The notes beneath the pieces were generated by a model that saw only the letters and a list, made by a program, of their open reading frames with translations, was not told the DNA's origin and made no database searches. DNA of 64,000 bases from the NCBI RefSeq assembly GCF_006345805.1, contig NW_021833791.1, forward strand, positions 6,780-70,779, written 5' to 3'. Made by a program: the position numbers and the translations under genes. Every line of letters begins with the position of its first letter. Position 1 is the stretch's first letter. Shown in pieces: positions 52,233 through 64,000 of this stretch. This stretch comes from Octopus sinensis. Its lineage: Eukaryota.

Positions 52233-52429
52233 ACACAAATTTGACTAAACAAGGAACATTCTTCATTGAAAAATACAAGCCCAAACTTAACCATTCCAAC
52301 ATACTTATACAGAGAAATTCACTCCAAAAGAAAGGCAATAAATTTTAAGCGATTATCTCCCTTACACCGGAAGAAATCACTTATTACCTCCCTTATCTGG
52401 AACTCTTCTCAACGTAAACATAACGATGT

Positions 52430-52469
52430 AAGAAATTTGAAAAGCTGAACGCGAAACCGGTCATTTCTT
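52430..52469 (+). ncRNA. Minimal hammerhead, U3-A8 core variant
   Basis: Identical to the 52193-52232 motif on the opposite strand. GUC cleavage triplet and 7-bp helix I. Confidence 0.7.
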
Positions 52470-52605
52470 CAAAATTTTATAACATTCTTCAGACATATTG
52501 ACTCAAATATATTTTTTTTAACCTTTTAAAACAAGCCTTCTGTAGTTTTTTCACTTTTACTTTTCTATATATTCAACCACGTGCTTTCAAACACCAACTT
52601 TCTCA

Positions 52606-52677
<72 letters not shown>

Positions 52678-52899
52678 GGTATGTGAATGTGTGTATGTAT
52701 GTGAAAAATGTTAACAACTTTATCAAAACAGTGGAAGAACTTCCTAAAGATAAGTTCGTGAAGACTATGTAGTTTTTATTTAAAAGAACAGAATATTTCC
52801 AGTATCTCTTAAGTGTGACATTTTCGGCAAGGAGCTAAAAATAATGAATTACTTGTGTAGTTTCCAAACAGTCATTGAAAATAGAATCCTTAAGTAATT

Positions 52900-54659
52900 T
52901 CCTTTTCCCGTCTCTCGTATAGTTTCCAAAGCGTCACTTCTTTGCCAAACACATAATGATAAAAATATCAATATGTAAAAGGTGTCTTGTATTTTTATAT
53001 CATTGGCTAAGGACCAACCATGCTGGTAGAGGAATTGCAAGACAAGCAGCTTTATTCAAATAACTGTCGGAAGGTTTAGATACCAAATGTTTGAAATGAA
53101 AAGAATAATAATTCATTTAATAATGATAATGAGATGATACTGCTCGTTTCTCTTTAGTGTTGATACAACAACGTTAGAGAAATTTATGTTTCAAGGTGCT
53201 GAAATGGCAAACGTCTTGGTCATTATTTTATATAACAACAATATTTACATACAAGCTGTTAATTCTTTATTGTAGACCCAGTACAATATATGGATATACG
53301 TTAATTCATAAAGGAACCTTGCTGAAGTAACCAAAGATAATGAATATTCTTCAGAGCCAAAGGACCTTAAAGAGTCAGCTTTGAAGAATTAGAACATTAT
53401 GATACAGTTATATTCTCATAGGATTCTGATCAATAGGTGCAAGATGAAATAAAGTGATCGTATTGTGATAAATACAGGAGGACTAGCGGACTTGAGGATA
53501 AGGAAATATTTCATTTGAAAAGGCGCCTTTGTGAGCGGCAGTTTCATCTTAAAAACATTAGCCACAAACAAATCAATAAATCTTTTTCAACCAGAATTCA
53601 AAAAATAAATCATGTTTGACCCAAGTTGCCGCAGTTCCAATCCAGGGCTTTTTAAATTACATCAATGAGTACAGCATACAACAAAATAGAGTATATTCCT
53701 TTTGTTGTCCATATTTTCTAGGAAAAAGCCCAAAATAGTAATAGCAAGCACTCATTAAAACAAGTTTTCTCGAACGGAAGTATGCATTGGGGTAAAATGT
53801 ACCATTTGCATTAAACATCTTGATGTCAAACGAAACGAAAGTTTTGTCATCGATTAAGTACCTGATCAGAGAAACCTAAACTTCCATAGCATTTGGAGAT
53901 CTCGGCGGCCAGGGAGAGCGTTGGAAACCGGGTGGAAATTAATAGAGGACCTTTCATCAATTTTCTCCGTGAGACCGTCATATTGAACTAGATTTTCTTA
54001 GAGCTCTGACACCGATTTTCGGCATAAAATGGTGGCAGAATGAGAGCCGCTCATATTCTTAATTACTAAATTCCGAGTTTCTGAACGCTGTTTGTCTCAA
54101 AGCCATAGCATATACATTTCAACTGAACTTGGTCACCCTGAAGTCAGAATTCCACTATGCAAAGCGACTCATCGGGTGGAAGTGACACCTTTTGATCTCA
54201 TTAACCGATTTACTTGAGATTTTGAATCTCTATACGGATTTCTCGTTCGAACAGATCGAACTGCAGCAAGAAGATGTAACACTGCCTGTAAGCACACGGT
54301 AGGCTATGAATGAATACTTGAATACTTTCTGAAGCTATGGATAATCAAGTCTTATCTGAAGAATTCCCTGGTAGACAATAAACCGGATATTTAGCCCAAT
54401 TATTATGAATAGATGATGCGATGAAAACCTGAATTTTGAAGACGTCCTCTTTCGTTTTCCGACAAAACACCGAAAAGAGAATCACTTTTGTGTAGTTTGT
54501 ATTTTCATAGGTAACTTTTTATTTATTTGGTTTTTCAATCACATTCAGAAGTTGACTTTAAATTTGATTTATTAAATTAAAACTCAATTATTATTTATAT
54601 AAATATCTGCCTGTGCTTAGAGCTTTTTTAACTAATCCGCCTGGATTGGGTCGCCACTG
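52900..54659 (+). mobile_element. Degenerate hAT transposon, 3' portion
   Basis: VTLPVST...FLKLWIIKSYLKNSL...LNFEDVLFRF resembles the hAT dimerisation domain. The element ends in cgccactg (CAGTGGCG-type TIR) at 54652-54659. The left boundary is uncertain. Confidence 0.55.
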
Positions 54660-54929
54660 AAATTCAATCCTTGATTCCATTTCCCAACAGATATCAACAC
54701 ACAAATCTTCAAACTAATGATTACCGTATCGATCACACCAATCCATAAAAACTTACAAACGCCATATCCCCGCCATCTCCCCTCTTCACTAAACTATGAA
54801 AAAAGAAAATAAAATCTGAAACTTAACCAATGAAAACTAAATTGCAGTATTGCAATTTTTTTTCACTGCTATGTATAACCCTCCAGTAATCAAAAGATCT
54901 CACGGAGCTGTTGTATTTGTAACGAACCG

Positions 54930-55433
54930 CTAGTGAATTACTTTTTTCCTGTTACTGATTTCGGATTTTTGTTTAACCTGTACCGACGTTATATGCCAAG
55001 AAGGTGCTGAAACGCAAAACTTCAATTTGGTTTTGTAATCCTTGATAAGATAGTTTAGATCAGTCAGCTTAAATAGTTTATGAGAGACCAGAGCTAAACT
55101 CAAATTAACAATCATGGTGTCTAGAATTTTTGGTGCTTCCCTACGTTCGAATGAACAGACATTGATTCCTATAATTTGTTTACCATATTCCTCAGAAAAG
55201 TTTTCGGTATTACCTTCATCAGTTTTTATTTCACACCATCGGAGCGTGAATTGCTCCTCACGAATGCAGTTGGTGAGATGGTTATGATCTATAAACAGTT
55301 TTGAGTCGGAGCCGGAAAAAAGATGCGTATGTGCACATTGAATTTGAAGAACAGATGAGTAGAATAAAAACGCAATGCAAATATCAATCAAGTTATATGA
55401 TGGTCTGCATGCCACGTCTGGCGCCACTCTCAC
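54930..55433 (-). CDS. Unexplained 167-codon open frame, possible exon
   Basis: Non-repetitive ORF in AT-rich DNA with an early hydrophobic stretch (LIDICIAFLFYSSVL) and a possible donor aaa|GTAATT near its end. No in-frame ATG at the start. Confidence 0.35.
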   Translation of the reverse strand: MRVAPDVACRPSYNLIDICIAFLFYSSVLQIQCAHTHLFSGSDSKLFIDHNHLTNCIREEQFTLRWCEIKTDEGNTENFSEEYGKQIIGINVCSFERREAPKILDTMIVNLSLALVSHKLFKLTDLNYLIKDYKTKLKFCVSAPSWHITSVQVKQKSEISNRKKVIH

Positions 55434-55927
55434 ACACCTTTAATGCAATTTTTTGTTTCGTTTGAATTGCAAATCCTATCATTTCTCAAAAGAAATCAGC
55501 CAAGCGCAAGTCTTTTATTTGCTATATTATTTAGATGATGGATAAAATGTGTTGAAGATTCGGTTTAACTGTTTGTAGTATTTAGTTTAGACCCGTTACG
55601 TTTTGAGATTAAATAATGTCCAGGTTAACTTAATGTTTCATTCTTCAAAGGTCGATAAAATAATAACCAAGTGTTTCATTGGTACAAGGGTAAATTTAAA
55701 AATCTTATAAATCTTCAAATGTGTGAATGGATTTTTAAGAGAAGACTAATTTAAGACGAAAAACATTAGAAATAAAAATAAATTAACAAAAGAATTATCA
55801 TAATTAAGTTGATTTTATTGATAAAGAAACACACATTTTATCTGATATAATTATTATTAGCAAATGTGATCCGTTGAAGTCTTGCTCACATTTCATTGAG
55901 AAGTAAATAATTTTGGGGTGAATTCCA

Positions 55928-56121
55928 TTAAAGGTCAAGTTTCTTTAGTTGGCACTTAGTGTTAGTATATGAAAAGGCGGTACATGTAGAAGATACCGTA
56001 CATAAATGTGAACAATCCAAGACCGATCGGGCATCCATTTGAGCCTCGGTTACAAGGTTGTGATATGGATTTGGTTTGAAGGAAAAAGTTGAATAAGCTG
56101 TCTGGCCATTAATTTCTTTTT
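55928..56121 (-). CDS. Terminal coding exon, PAN/Apple-like domain
   Basis: Acceptor ttttttctattgcAG, phase 1. Contains CSHLCTVSSTCTAFSYTNTKCQL (C-x3-C-x5-C-x2-F-x-Y-xn-C) and ends in TAA. AATAAA lies on the minus strand at 55814-55819. Confidence 0.8.
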
Positions 56122-56545
56122 CTGCAATAGAAAAAATGGAAAGAGGAAACACAATAAATATAAAAGCATAAATTAAATTATTGCTCTAGTCAGACAAAGT
56201 ACAAGGAAACGAATAGATATGGTCTATTGATTCGATAGATTGATGTTACTAATATTCCGTTTGGACATCTTTAGGTTAGTGTAAGTATGGAGTGAGTTCT
56301 TGGGTGTTGCATAATCTAGAAAGGGGGGATTTGGGATAATAATTGATGCGGGATCTGGCTGGTGAAATAGCATGTATGACGGAAGAATGAGAAGGGGTAT
56401 GTAGCTGGTTATCTCGGAGGTAGAGTGGTTCTCGTATTACCAGCGAGATTTATTGAGGTATTTCTGTGCAAGTTAGTAACGAAGCGTGTTGTGTTTTTTA
56501 ATGAAAACGGCGATTAATAATAATTCATCTTCCAGATTTTAAATG

Positions 56546-57811
56546 TACAAAGTGGTATCAAACAATCCCCGGACTAGTTCTATAACGCGCTCACAGATAG
56601 CAGCACACGGTTAAGTGCGCAGTGAGAGCTACCAACGATAGTTATGAGACAGTGTGCTGAGTGACACCGCTGTATTTACTTATTGCAAGTTGTGAAATTT
56701 GTGATTTTGTCATCACGTGTACGCTGTAGTCTGCGATGTCGTCATGGACAAGATGGTAGAACAAAAAGCCAACGTGAACTTTTGCATTAACCTTGGGATG
56801 TCTGTTACAGAGACATTGAACATGCTTCTGCAAGCTAAGGTTAACGAGGCAATTGGTTGTACGCAATATGTAGAGTGGCACGGGCTTTTCAAAAGCAGAA
56901 CATCCCTGGAAGACGATGAGCGATTTGGAAGATCTGCGACGGGCGTCACTCCTCGGAGATGTGGAAAAAAATCCATCAGCTTCTGAATGAGGATCGTAGG
57001 TAGATAATCAACGACATTGCTGATGTTGTTGGTCTGTCGTATGGATTTGTGCAGACAATCTTAACGTCTGAATTGAACATGCGGCATGTCTCTACCAAGT
57101 TCTCCCCACTGTTGATGACTGAGCAGAAAAAACATCGCTCCGAATTTGTCAAGTTCTCCGTCAGCCTTGATGACCCATACTTCATGTTGAGGATCATCGC
57201 TGGTGATGAAAGTCGAGTCTACGAGTACGATTCTGAGGTGAAGCAGCAATTGTCAAAATGGAGAAGTCCTTCATCTCCACGACCGAACTCAACCCGACAG
57301 ATCCGCAGCTCAATGAAAAGCATGCTCATCTTTTTTTCGACATCTGAGGTATTGACCATTTAGATTTCGACCGCCAGGGTCAGACCATCAGTCGAGAGTT
57401 CTACTGTGATATTTTGAAGTGTTTTAGAGAGGACATTCGGCAAAAAGCGACCGGATTTGTGACGACAATGCATCCTTACTCGTGAGTTTCTCGCCAAAAA
57501 CAACATGGTTACGCTTCAGCGCCTGTCCTATTCGCCAGATTTAGTACCTGCGAATTTCCATCTCTTCCCCAAGATAAAAAGGCAGCTTAAAGGCCACCGT
57601 CTGAACACCATTGTCAAAATCCAGATCGAAACGCAGAAGGTTTCCAACTCGCTTAAGGAAAACTACTTCCAAGCTAAAAGTGGCGGGAATGCTGAGGCTA
57701 GAGTATTGTTGCGCAAGGTGACTATTTCAAAGGATTTGATGCGAAAACTTAGGTAAACAAGTTATTTTTCAAAACGTATCAAGTTCGGGAAGTTTTTGAT
57801 ACCACCGCGTA
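56546..57811 (+). mobile_element. Full-length degenerate mariner transposon
   Basis: TA at both ends and imperfect TIRs (gtggtatcaaa core). Transposase motifs EQKANVNFC, IIAGDESRVYEYD and YSPDLVPANFHLFPK. Confidence 0.9.
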
Positions 57812-58245
57812 CTTGTGGATTAGTTTTACGACATCCTTTTGAAAGGATGTTAATTATTAATTTACTGCTAATTTATTTAACTAAGAATCAAGACTCTAAG
57901 TAGAAATTAAGACTCTAAGTAGAAATAATAATGCAATGTGAAAGAAATGGATATTTATTAATTTCAGTTCTTTCGGCAAGAACTGGAGAAAGATCAATGA
58001 ATTAAAGATGAGGAACAAGGAACAGAAACAAAGAACACAATAAGTAAACAATAAAAAATGGTTTTACTGTCAACGAAATAATAAGAGCCGAAAACACTTA
58101 TATCACATCCCACGGAGTTAATCTTCTCCAGTGTAAGGGGCTGGTTAAGTTCATTCCAAAGTTCTGAAATGAAATAAAAATAAAATAGTCTCCTATTTCT
58201 CTCGTGGATATGATAACATTAATGATTTCTTTAATACTAAAATCC

Positions 58246-58358
<113 letters not shown>

Positions 58359-58379
58359 TTATAATAAGTGTAGATCGTA

Positions 58380-58815
58380 TACGAGTGGGTATATATTTAT
58401 AAAAAAGAAGTTTGAAAACGCCACTATATAAGATAAATTTTAATTTTCTAAGAAATTTTACATGTTTCGGTTCTTCTTGAAAAAACGAACCTTATCAAAA
58501 ATATTTTTAAAAAGTTAAGTGTAATAAAAAAGTTCAAAATTGTTTCTTACTGGTCTCAACAGAATCCACGTGGTGGTGTTTTGTCGGTAACGGTTACTAC
58601 TACTATTACCAACAGTCACTGCTGCTACTGCCATTTCAGCCACTGGTCATTCGGACACATATCACAGCTAAAAACAACTACGTGGATTCTGTTGAGACCA
58701 GTAAGAAACAATTATGAACTTTTTTTATTACACTCAACTTTAAACTGACAGCTATTATGCTTACTACCGACAAAACACCACGACGTGGATTCTGTTGAGA
58801 CCAGTAAGAAACAAT
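58380..58815. mobile_element. PLE-type terminal repeat with one minus-strand and two partial plus-strand copies
   Basis: 58515-58590 is inverted relative to 58677-58745 and 58765-58815. An HHR motif is adjacent. Confidence 0.7.
58455..58502 (-). ncRNA. Hammerhead motif, U3-A8 core variant (separate family)
   Basis: AUUU-UUGAUAA-GGUUC-13 nt-GAACC-GAAACAUGUA-AAAU. Helix III is the palindrome ACAUGU and the triplet is GUA. Confidence 0.6.
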
Positions 58816-58994
58816 ATATATATATATATAAAATGCATTAAATACTAAAAAACGTACGCATAGGAGAGACAGAGAAGGTCCCTATTTCTTCCTCAGTTAG
58901 CAACAGGGACATTAATACACAGTTCCATGCCTTTAATGATAACATCATTAAGGGCCAGGGTCGAATTGTTCGACATCATTAACCGCCTCGAATA

Positions 58995-59120
58995 ATTTTA
59001 GTCGAACGAATTGACCCAAGTCCTTAATTCTTTTTTCGGTTCCTTTTGCCAAACCGCTAAGTTACGTGAACGTAAACTCAGTAACACCATTGTCAAGAGG
59101 TAATGGGCGACAAACACATA
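58995..59120 (-). mobile_element. SINE fragment (family of 42543-42940)
   Basis: Degenerate match (ccgctaagttacg...ttgtcaag...gacaaacac). Confidence 0.6.
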
Positions 59121-59141
59121 CACAATAACACGCGTTGAAAC

Positions 59142-59174
<33 letters not shown>

Positions 59175-59365
59175 CACACACAACACACATGCACGGACAC
59201 ACACACCTGCATTTATACACGTGCACACACACACGCACACAAACACACACACATAAATATATATAGTCCATAAGCACGGACTAAACAAAACAGGAGGAAG
59301 CACTTGGATGAAGAGGTCTAGATAGAAGAAAAGTATAAGGAAATGTAAAGCGAATTTACACTTAC

Positions 59366-59596
59366 TTCTGTTTATTTCAATGTAAACGTCATTTCTGATG
59401 CAACGCAAAACTCCGTTAGTATGGTTATAAGTTGACATGTAGCAAACATTCGTATTAAAGTTGTAGTCAAATGATTGACAGGTTGGTTCTGCTTCACATT
59501 TGTAGAAACACTGCCTATAATTAATATCAGACGTGACACCCAAATCATTGTTACTAGCAAGATAACTGTTGTAAATGAAATCCACAGGACATCTTC
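59366..59596 (-). CDS. Internal 231-nt exon encoding one PAN/Apple-like domain
   Basis: ttctttcAG | ... | GTAAGT, phase 1-1. Encodes RCPVDF...QCFYKCEAEPTCQSFDYNFNTNVCYMS. It joins in frame to the 56121 exon. Confidence 0.85.
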
Positions 59597-59730
59597 CTGA
59601 AAGAATAGAAAAGGTAAATGAACGTTTTGGTTCGGTTTTCTTAATTGTGGCGGGCTGCTTTTATGGTGAAGAGTTTTATTGTTTTAGTTCAATGAAAAAT
59701 AATGAATAGATAAAAAATACTGGGTAAAGA

Positions 59731-59788
<58 letters not shown>

Positions 59789-59932
59789 TAATAATATAAT
59801 AATAATAATAATAATATGAATAATAACAATACTAATAATAATAATATTAATAATAATAATAATAATAATAATATATAATAATAATAATAATATTAATAAT
59901 AATAATAATAATATAATAATATAATAATAATA

Positions 59933-59991
<59 letters not shown>

Positions 59992-60016
59992 TTAATAATA
60001 ATAATATTAATAATAA

Positions 60017-60945
60017 GGCTGATAGGTGGGAGGAGAAACCTCTGCACGGCAAATATGTGACCCGCAGCAAACAAACTGATGTTGACCAGAAGCAAACCCA
60101 TCAGTGGATACGGAGCTCAGGGCTAAAAGCAGAGAGCGAAGGTTTCATCCTGGCTGCTCAAGATCAAAGCCTATTAACCCGGAACTACCAGGCCAATGTG
60201 ATGAAAAATGGAGCAGACCCAAAATGCCGATTCTGCAACATGATTGAAACAATGGACCACCTAATCTCTGGATGTAAAGTCTTAGCACCAGTGGAGTATA
60301 AATTAAGACATGACAGAGTTGGCCAATATCTCCACTGGCTAATAAGTCGGTATTACAATATCAAAACTGCCGACAAGTGGTATAATCACCACCCTGAGGC
60401 TGTAACTGAAGGAGAAAATGTAACCATTCTGTGGGACTTTCCAGTACATACAGACCGAACCATCAAGGCCAATAAACCAGATATTGTTGTGAAAGACCAA
60501 AACAATAAAGTTTGCTTATTGATCGACATGAGCATCTCCTGTGATCATAATATCTCAGCGAAAGAGTTTGACAAGCTCAGAAAATATAAAGACCTACTCA
60601 TTGAAATTGAGAAAATGTGGCGTCTCAAGGCGGTTACAATACCAGTGATCGTAGGAGCACTAGGAATGATCAAGAAGGGAACCGAAAATTATATGAGAAT
60701 GATCCCTGGCTTACCATCCCTGCAAGAAGTGCAAAAGATTGTCTTAACTGGTACATCACACGTATTGAGAAGAGCATTGTCGATGTGAGAACTGTTGCTG
60801 CTCATGTATTTTAATCTAACTTAAAAAAAAAATGAACGAACTATTGAGTTTGGTTTAATGGCCTACCAATGTTATACTATGAGTTTCTTTGCCCTAGGAG
60901 TCGGGAAGACACTCGGCAAGAAATGGAAGCAAATTTGAAAGAAGA
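60017..60945 (+). mobile_element. 5'-truncated R4/Dong-type LINE (lineage C), 3' ORF intact
   Basis: ORF 60057-60788: GLKAESEGFILAAQDQ, CRFC...HLISGC, RHDRVG, NKPDIVV. Flanked by (AAT)n. Confidence 0.9.
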
Positions 60946-60976
60946 AAAAAAAAATAATAATAATAGTAGTAATAAT

Positions 60977-61112
60977 TTGCAGGAAACAGCACTGCTAGGA
61001 ACCGCTCAAATACTCCGGATGGTGCTCGAAAAATAAGAGGTGTTACCTTAGTTCACTGGTAGTGAACTGCTAACACCGTAGTTCATCTCCAGTGTTAGCT
61101 GTGCAAAGATAA
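60977..61112 (+). mobile_element. Lineage D LINE 3' end
   Basis: Reverse-complement match to 49560-49700, with an (AAC)n/(AAT)n tail. Confidence 0.8.
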
Positions 61113-61146
61113 CAACAACAACAACAATAATAATAATAATAATAAT

Positions 61147-61195
<49 letters not shown>

Positions 61196-61196
<1 letters not shown>

Positions 61197-61569
61197 GTGG
61201 TGAATAAAAAAGAAAGAACATAAATGATAATTCACATAGTATGCCACGGTGACAACAGAATCAATGTGAAAGAAGAAGAAAAAATACACTATGACGATTT
61301 AACGCGAAAAATACGAAGGTTGTGGTCAATGAAGAGAGTAGACATGATACCAATAGTAATTGGTGCACTTGGAAGTATGAGCACTACCAACATGGCTGAT
61401 GGCTGAAAAAGATCGGTACAAGTGTCCAGGTAAAATACATTAAAAAATCAGCATTGCTTCGAACTGCAAGAATTCTTCGCGGGGTTCTTGAAGCATGACA
61501 AGTAAACAAGTGTCACCTTAGTCTGCTGGGACTTTCCATTATACCCAGCAAAATAATCTGTTAGTTTTC

Positions 61570-61572
<3 letters not shown>
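61196..61572 (+). mobile_element. R4/Dong-type LINE 3' end (lineage E)
   Basis: CHGDNRINVKEEEKI...IPIVIGALGS, with a distinct 3' UTR and an (AAT)n tail. Confidence 0.7.
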
Positions 61573-61636
<64 letters not shown>

Positions 61637-61637
61637 A

Positions 61638-61691
<54 letters not shown>

Positions 61692-61772
61692 TTGATGATG
61701 ATGATGATGATGATGATAATAATAATAATAATAATAATGATGACGATGGTAATAATAATAATAATAATAATA

Positions 61773-61870
<98 letters not shown>
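61573..61870. repeat. Alternating (AAT)n/(GAT)n microsatellite
   Basis: Direct reading of the sequence. Confidence 0.95.
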
Positions 61871-61871
<1 letters not shown>

Positions 61872-64000
61872 TGACAACAGAAATAAACGGACCGGTACCC
61901 TACGAAAATGACGACCGTCAAAATAATGGGCCGGACGTTGTACCTCATGTCCCGCAAATAAAACCCAAAAGACGTAAATGGACACGTGAGGAATACATTT
62001 CTATCTTACACGCATACTTCACAGCAGTGCTCTACCCAAAAAATGAAAATACAACAACACATACATATAAAATATGGAAGGAAAATAATAGAGATATAGA
62101 CGTGGATACAGCAATGAACCCTAATAAATTAGCTAACGTACGAAGATACATTCTCAACACAAAAAAAAAAATATCAGAAATAGAAATAGAACATCTAAAA
62201 GAAAAAATACACCAGGAAAATGTAGATAGAAGCCACACAACAATGCCCAATAATATAAACACTGAAACTGTAAAACACGAAGACAAACACAACATTCCCA
62301 ACAAACACTATGTAAACAACGAAGGGGAGCCTAATGTTTATGATAATATAAAAAATAAAATAATCAAAGAACTGAAAACCACAGAGCTCAAAATGGACCA
62401 CCGACCATACCTCCCAAGAATCAAAATAAACGAAATAACAACACCAATTATAAACAGCATAAACCTAGCCGTCACAGAACTAATAGCCACTGAAACAAAA
62501 TAAAAGTGATATCACTCAGCTAAATGACTTAATATACGCAGCAGCCACTGCAGCCACAAAAGAAGCTGGATACTCACCCAAACCCGCCCAAACAGGAGTA
62601 CCACCACCCAAACAAACCCTGTGGATAAATAACATCCAAAACAAAATAAAAAAATTAGAAAAGATCTGTCGATTCTTAATGAAATCAGCAAACAATCAAC
62701 GCTACTGAGCAACAAAAAGAGAACAAAAATACTCCGCAAATATAACATCACAGAGAAAGATTTGCCTGAGATAAAAGAAAAGCTGAAGCAAGATATCCTT
62801 GCCAAAGCACAAAGGATCCGCCGGTACGAGAAGCGCCAGCGCTTCTTTGAACAAAACAAAAAGTTCAACTCCAACCCCAAAAAGTTCTACCAAGAACTGG
62901 GCAAAAATAAAATAGAAGTCACTGCAGCACCAACGGCAGAAGAATTGGAAGAATTCTGGAGAGAAATATGGTCGGCGAACGAACAACCAAAAAAAAGGAG
63001 TATCAAAATAACAAACTCGGCATCTAAAGAACTTTGGACCCCCATAACAACTGAAGAGGTCACCCAGGCACTGCAAAGACTAAGCAACTGGAAGGCACCT
63101 GGACATAACAAGATCCCCAACTTCTGGTTGAAATATCTAACAGGAATGCACAAAAAGCTGGCTGAAAACTTTAACAACATACTAGCAGAGCCAGAGACAA
63201 TGCCTGAATGGCTCACGAAGGGGAAAACCATCTTAATTCCCAAATCAAATGAAACAGCAAAACCAGAAAACTACAGACCAATAACCTGCCTCCCTACTAT
63301 GTTCAAGGCATTTACTGCAGTGATATTGCAAAGGCTGAACAAGCACCTGGACGAAAACAAACTGTTTCCAGAAGAGCAGAAAGGATGCCGCAAAGGCTCA
63401 TATGGCTGTAAAGATCAACTAATGATTAATAAAGCCATAACTGAAGACAACCACAGAAAGAAGAAAGGCCTCAGTATGGCCTGGATTGACTACAAAAAGG
63501 CGTTTGATAGCACCCCCCACACATGGATCCTCGAAACACTAGCCATTAACAAAGTAGCACCAACAATCATAAAATTCATAGAGCACTCTATGAATAAATG
63601 GCAAACAGTCCTACACCTCCAAACAAAAGAGGGACTCATGAAAACCAAAGCCATCCCCATTAGAAGAGGAATATTCCAGGGAGACACGCTCTCTCCACTC
63701 CTTTTCTGCTTGGCACTGTCACCTCTATCTAATATACTAAATAGAACTGGATGCGGATATAAATGTTACGGCAAAACGATCAGCCACCTTTTATATATGG
63801 ATGACCTAAAACTATACGCTGCAAATGACAAACAGCTGGAAACACTATTAAAGACAGTTCATGGATTTACCAAAGAAATGGATATGAAATTTGGATTAGA
63901 AAAATGCGCCAAAGTAACCATGAAAAGAGGAAAACTAGTTAAGAGTAATAACATCACACTAGATAAAACCAATGAAATAAAAGAATTAGACCAAATCCAA
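61871..64000 (+). mobile_element. Lineage A LINE (copy A2), 5'-truncated, continuing past the window end
   Basis: Near-identical to A1 from MTTEINGP onward. Frameshift near 62500. RT motifs are intact through FGLEKCAK. Confidence 0.95.

Larger units (their letters stand above)
52079..52561. mobile_element. PLE 3' end with inverted terminal-repeat copy
   Basis: Arms at 52079-52234 and 52427-52561 are inverted. The plus-strand spacer encodes LNKE..FFIEKYKPKLN, the typical end of PLE GIY-YIG ORFs. Confidence 0.85.

Noticed and set aside
58677-58815. ctgttgagaccagtaagaaac as a hammerhead core
   Set aside because: A6 is absent and there is no helix II pairing. The HHR of this repeat lies at 58455-58502.

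Overview
AT-rich, microsatellite-dense animal genomic DNA. The SINE, LINE and Penelope repertoire suggests a coleoid cephalopod, probably Octopus (inference). Most of the window is transposable-element debris: (AAT)n-associated R4/Dong-type REL LINEs from several lineages, RTE LINEs, one HERO-like 3' end, Penelope-like element (PLE) ends, tRNA-derived SINEs, and mariner, hAT, piggyBac and Helitron remnants. Host coding signal is limited to the last two exons of a minus-strand PAN/Apple-domain gene (59596-59366 and 56121-55928), an unexplained 167-codon ORF and a few isolated exon-like segments. The most striking signal is a set of type I hammerhead ribozyme (HHR) motifs in PLE-type terminal repeats. 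Together they show all four Watson-Crick versions of the core 3-8 pair (C3-G8, U3-A8, A3-U8, G3-C8). One HHR family appears to have a tRNA-derived head (a SINE-ribozyme hybrid) and was split by LINEs that inserted into its internal (AAT)n tract. All calls were made by eye with no database search. Boundaries of old repeats are approximate, and most ORFs in the supplied track are microsatellite or antisense artefacts.
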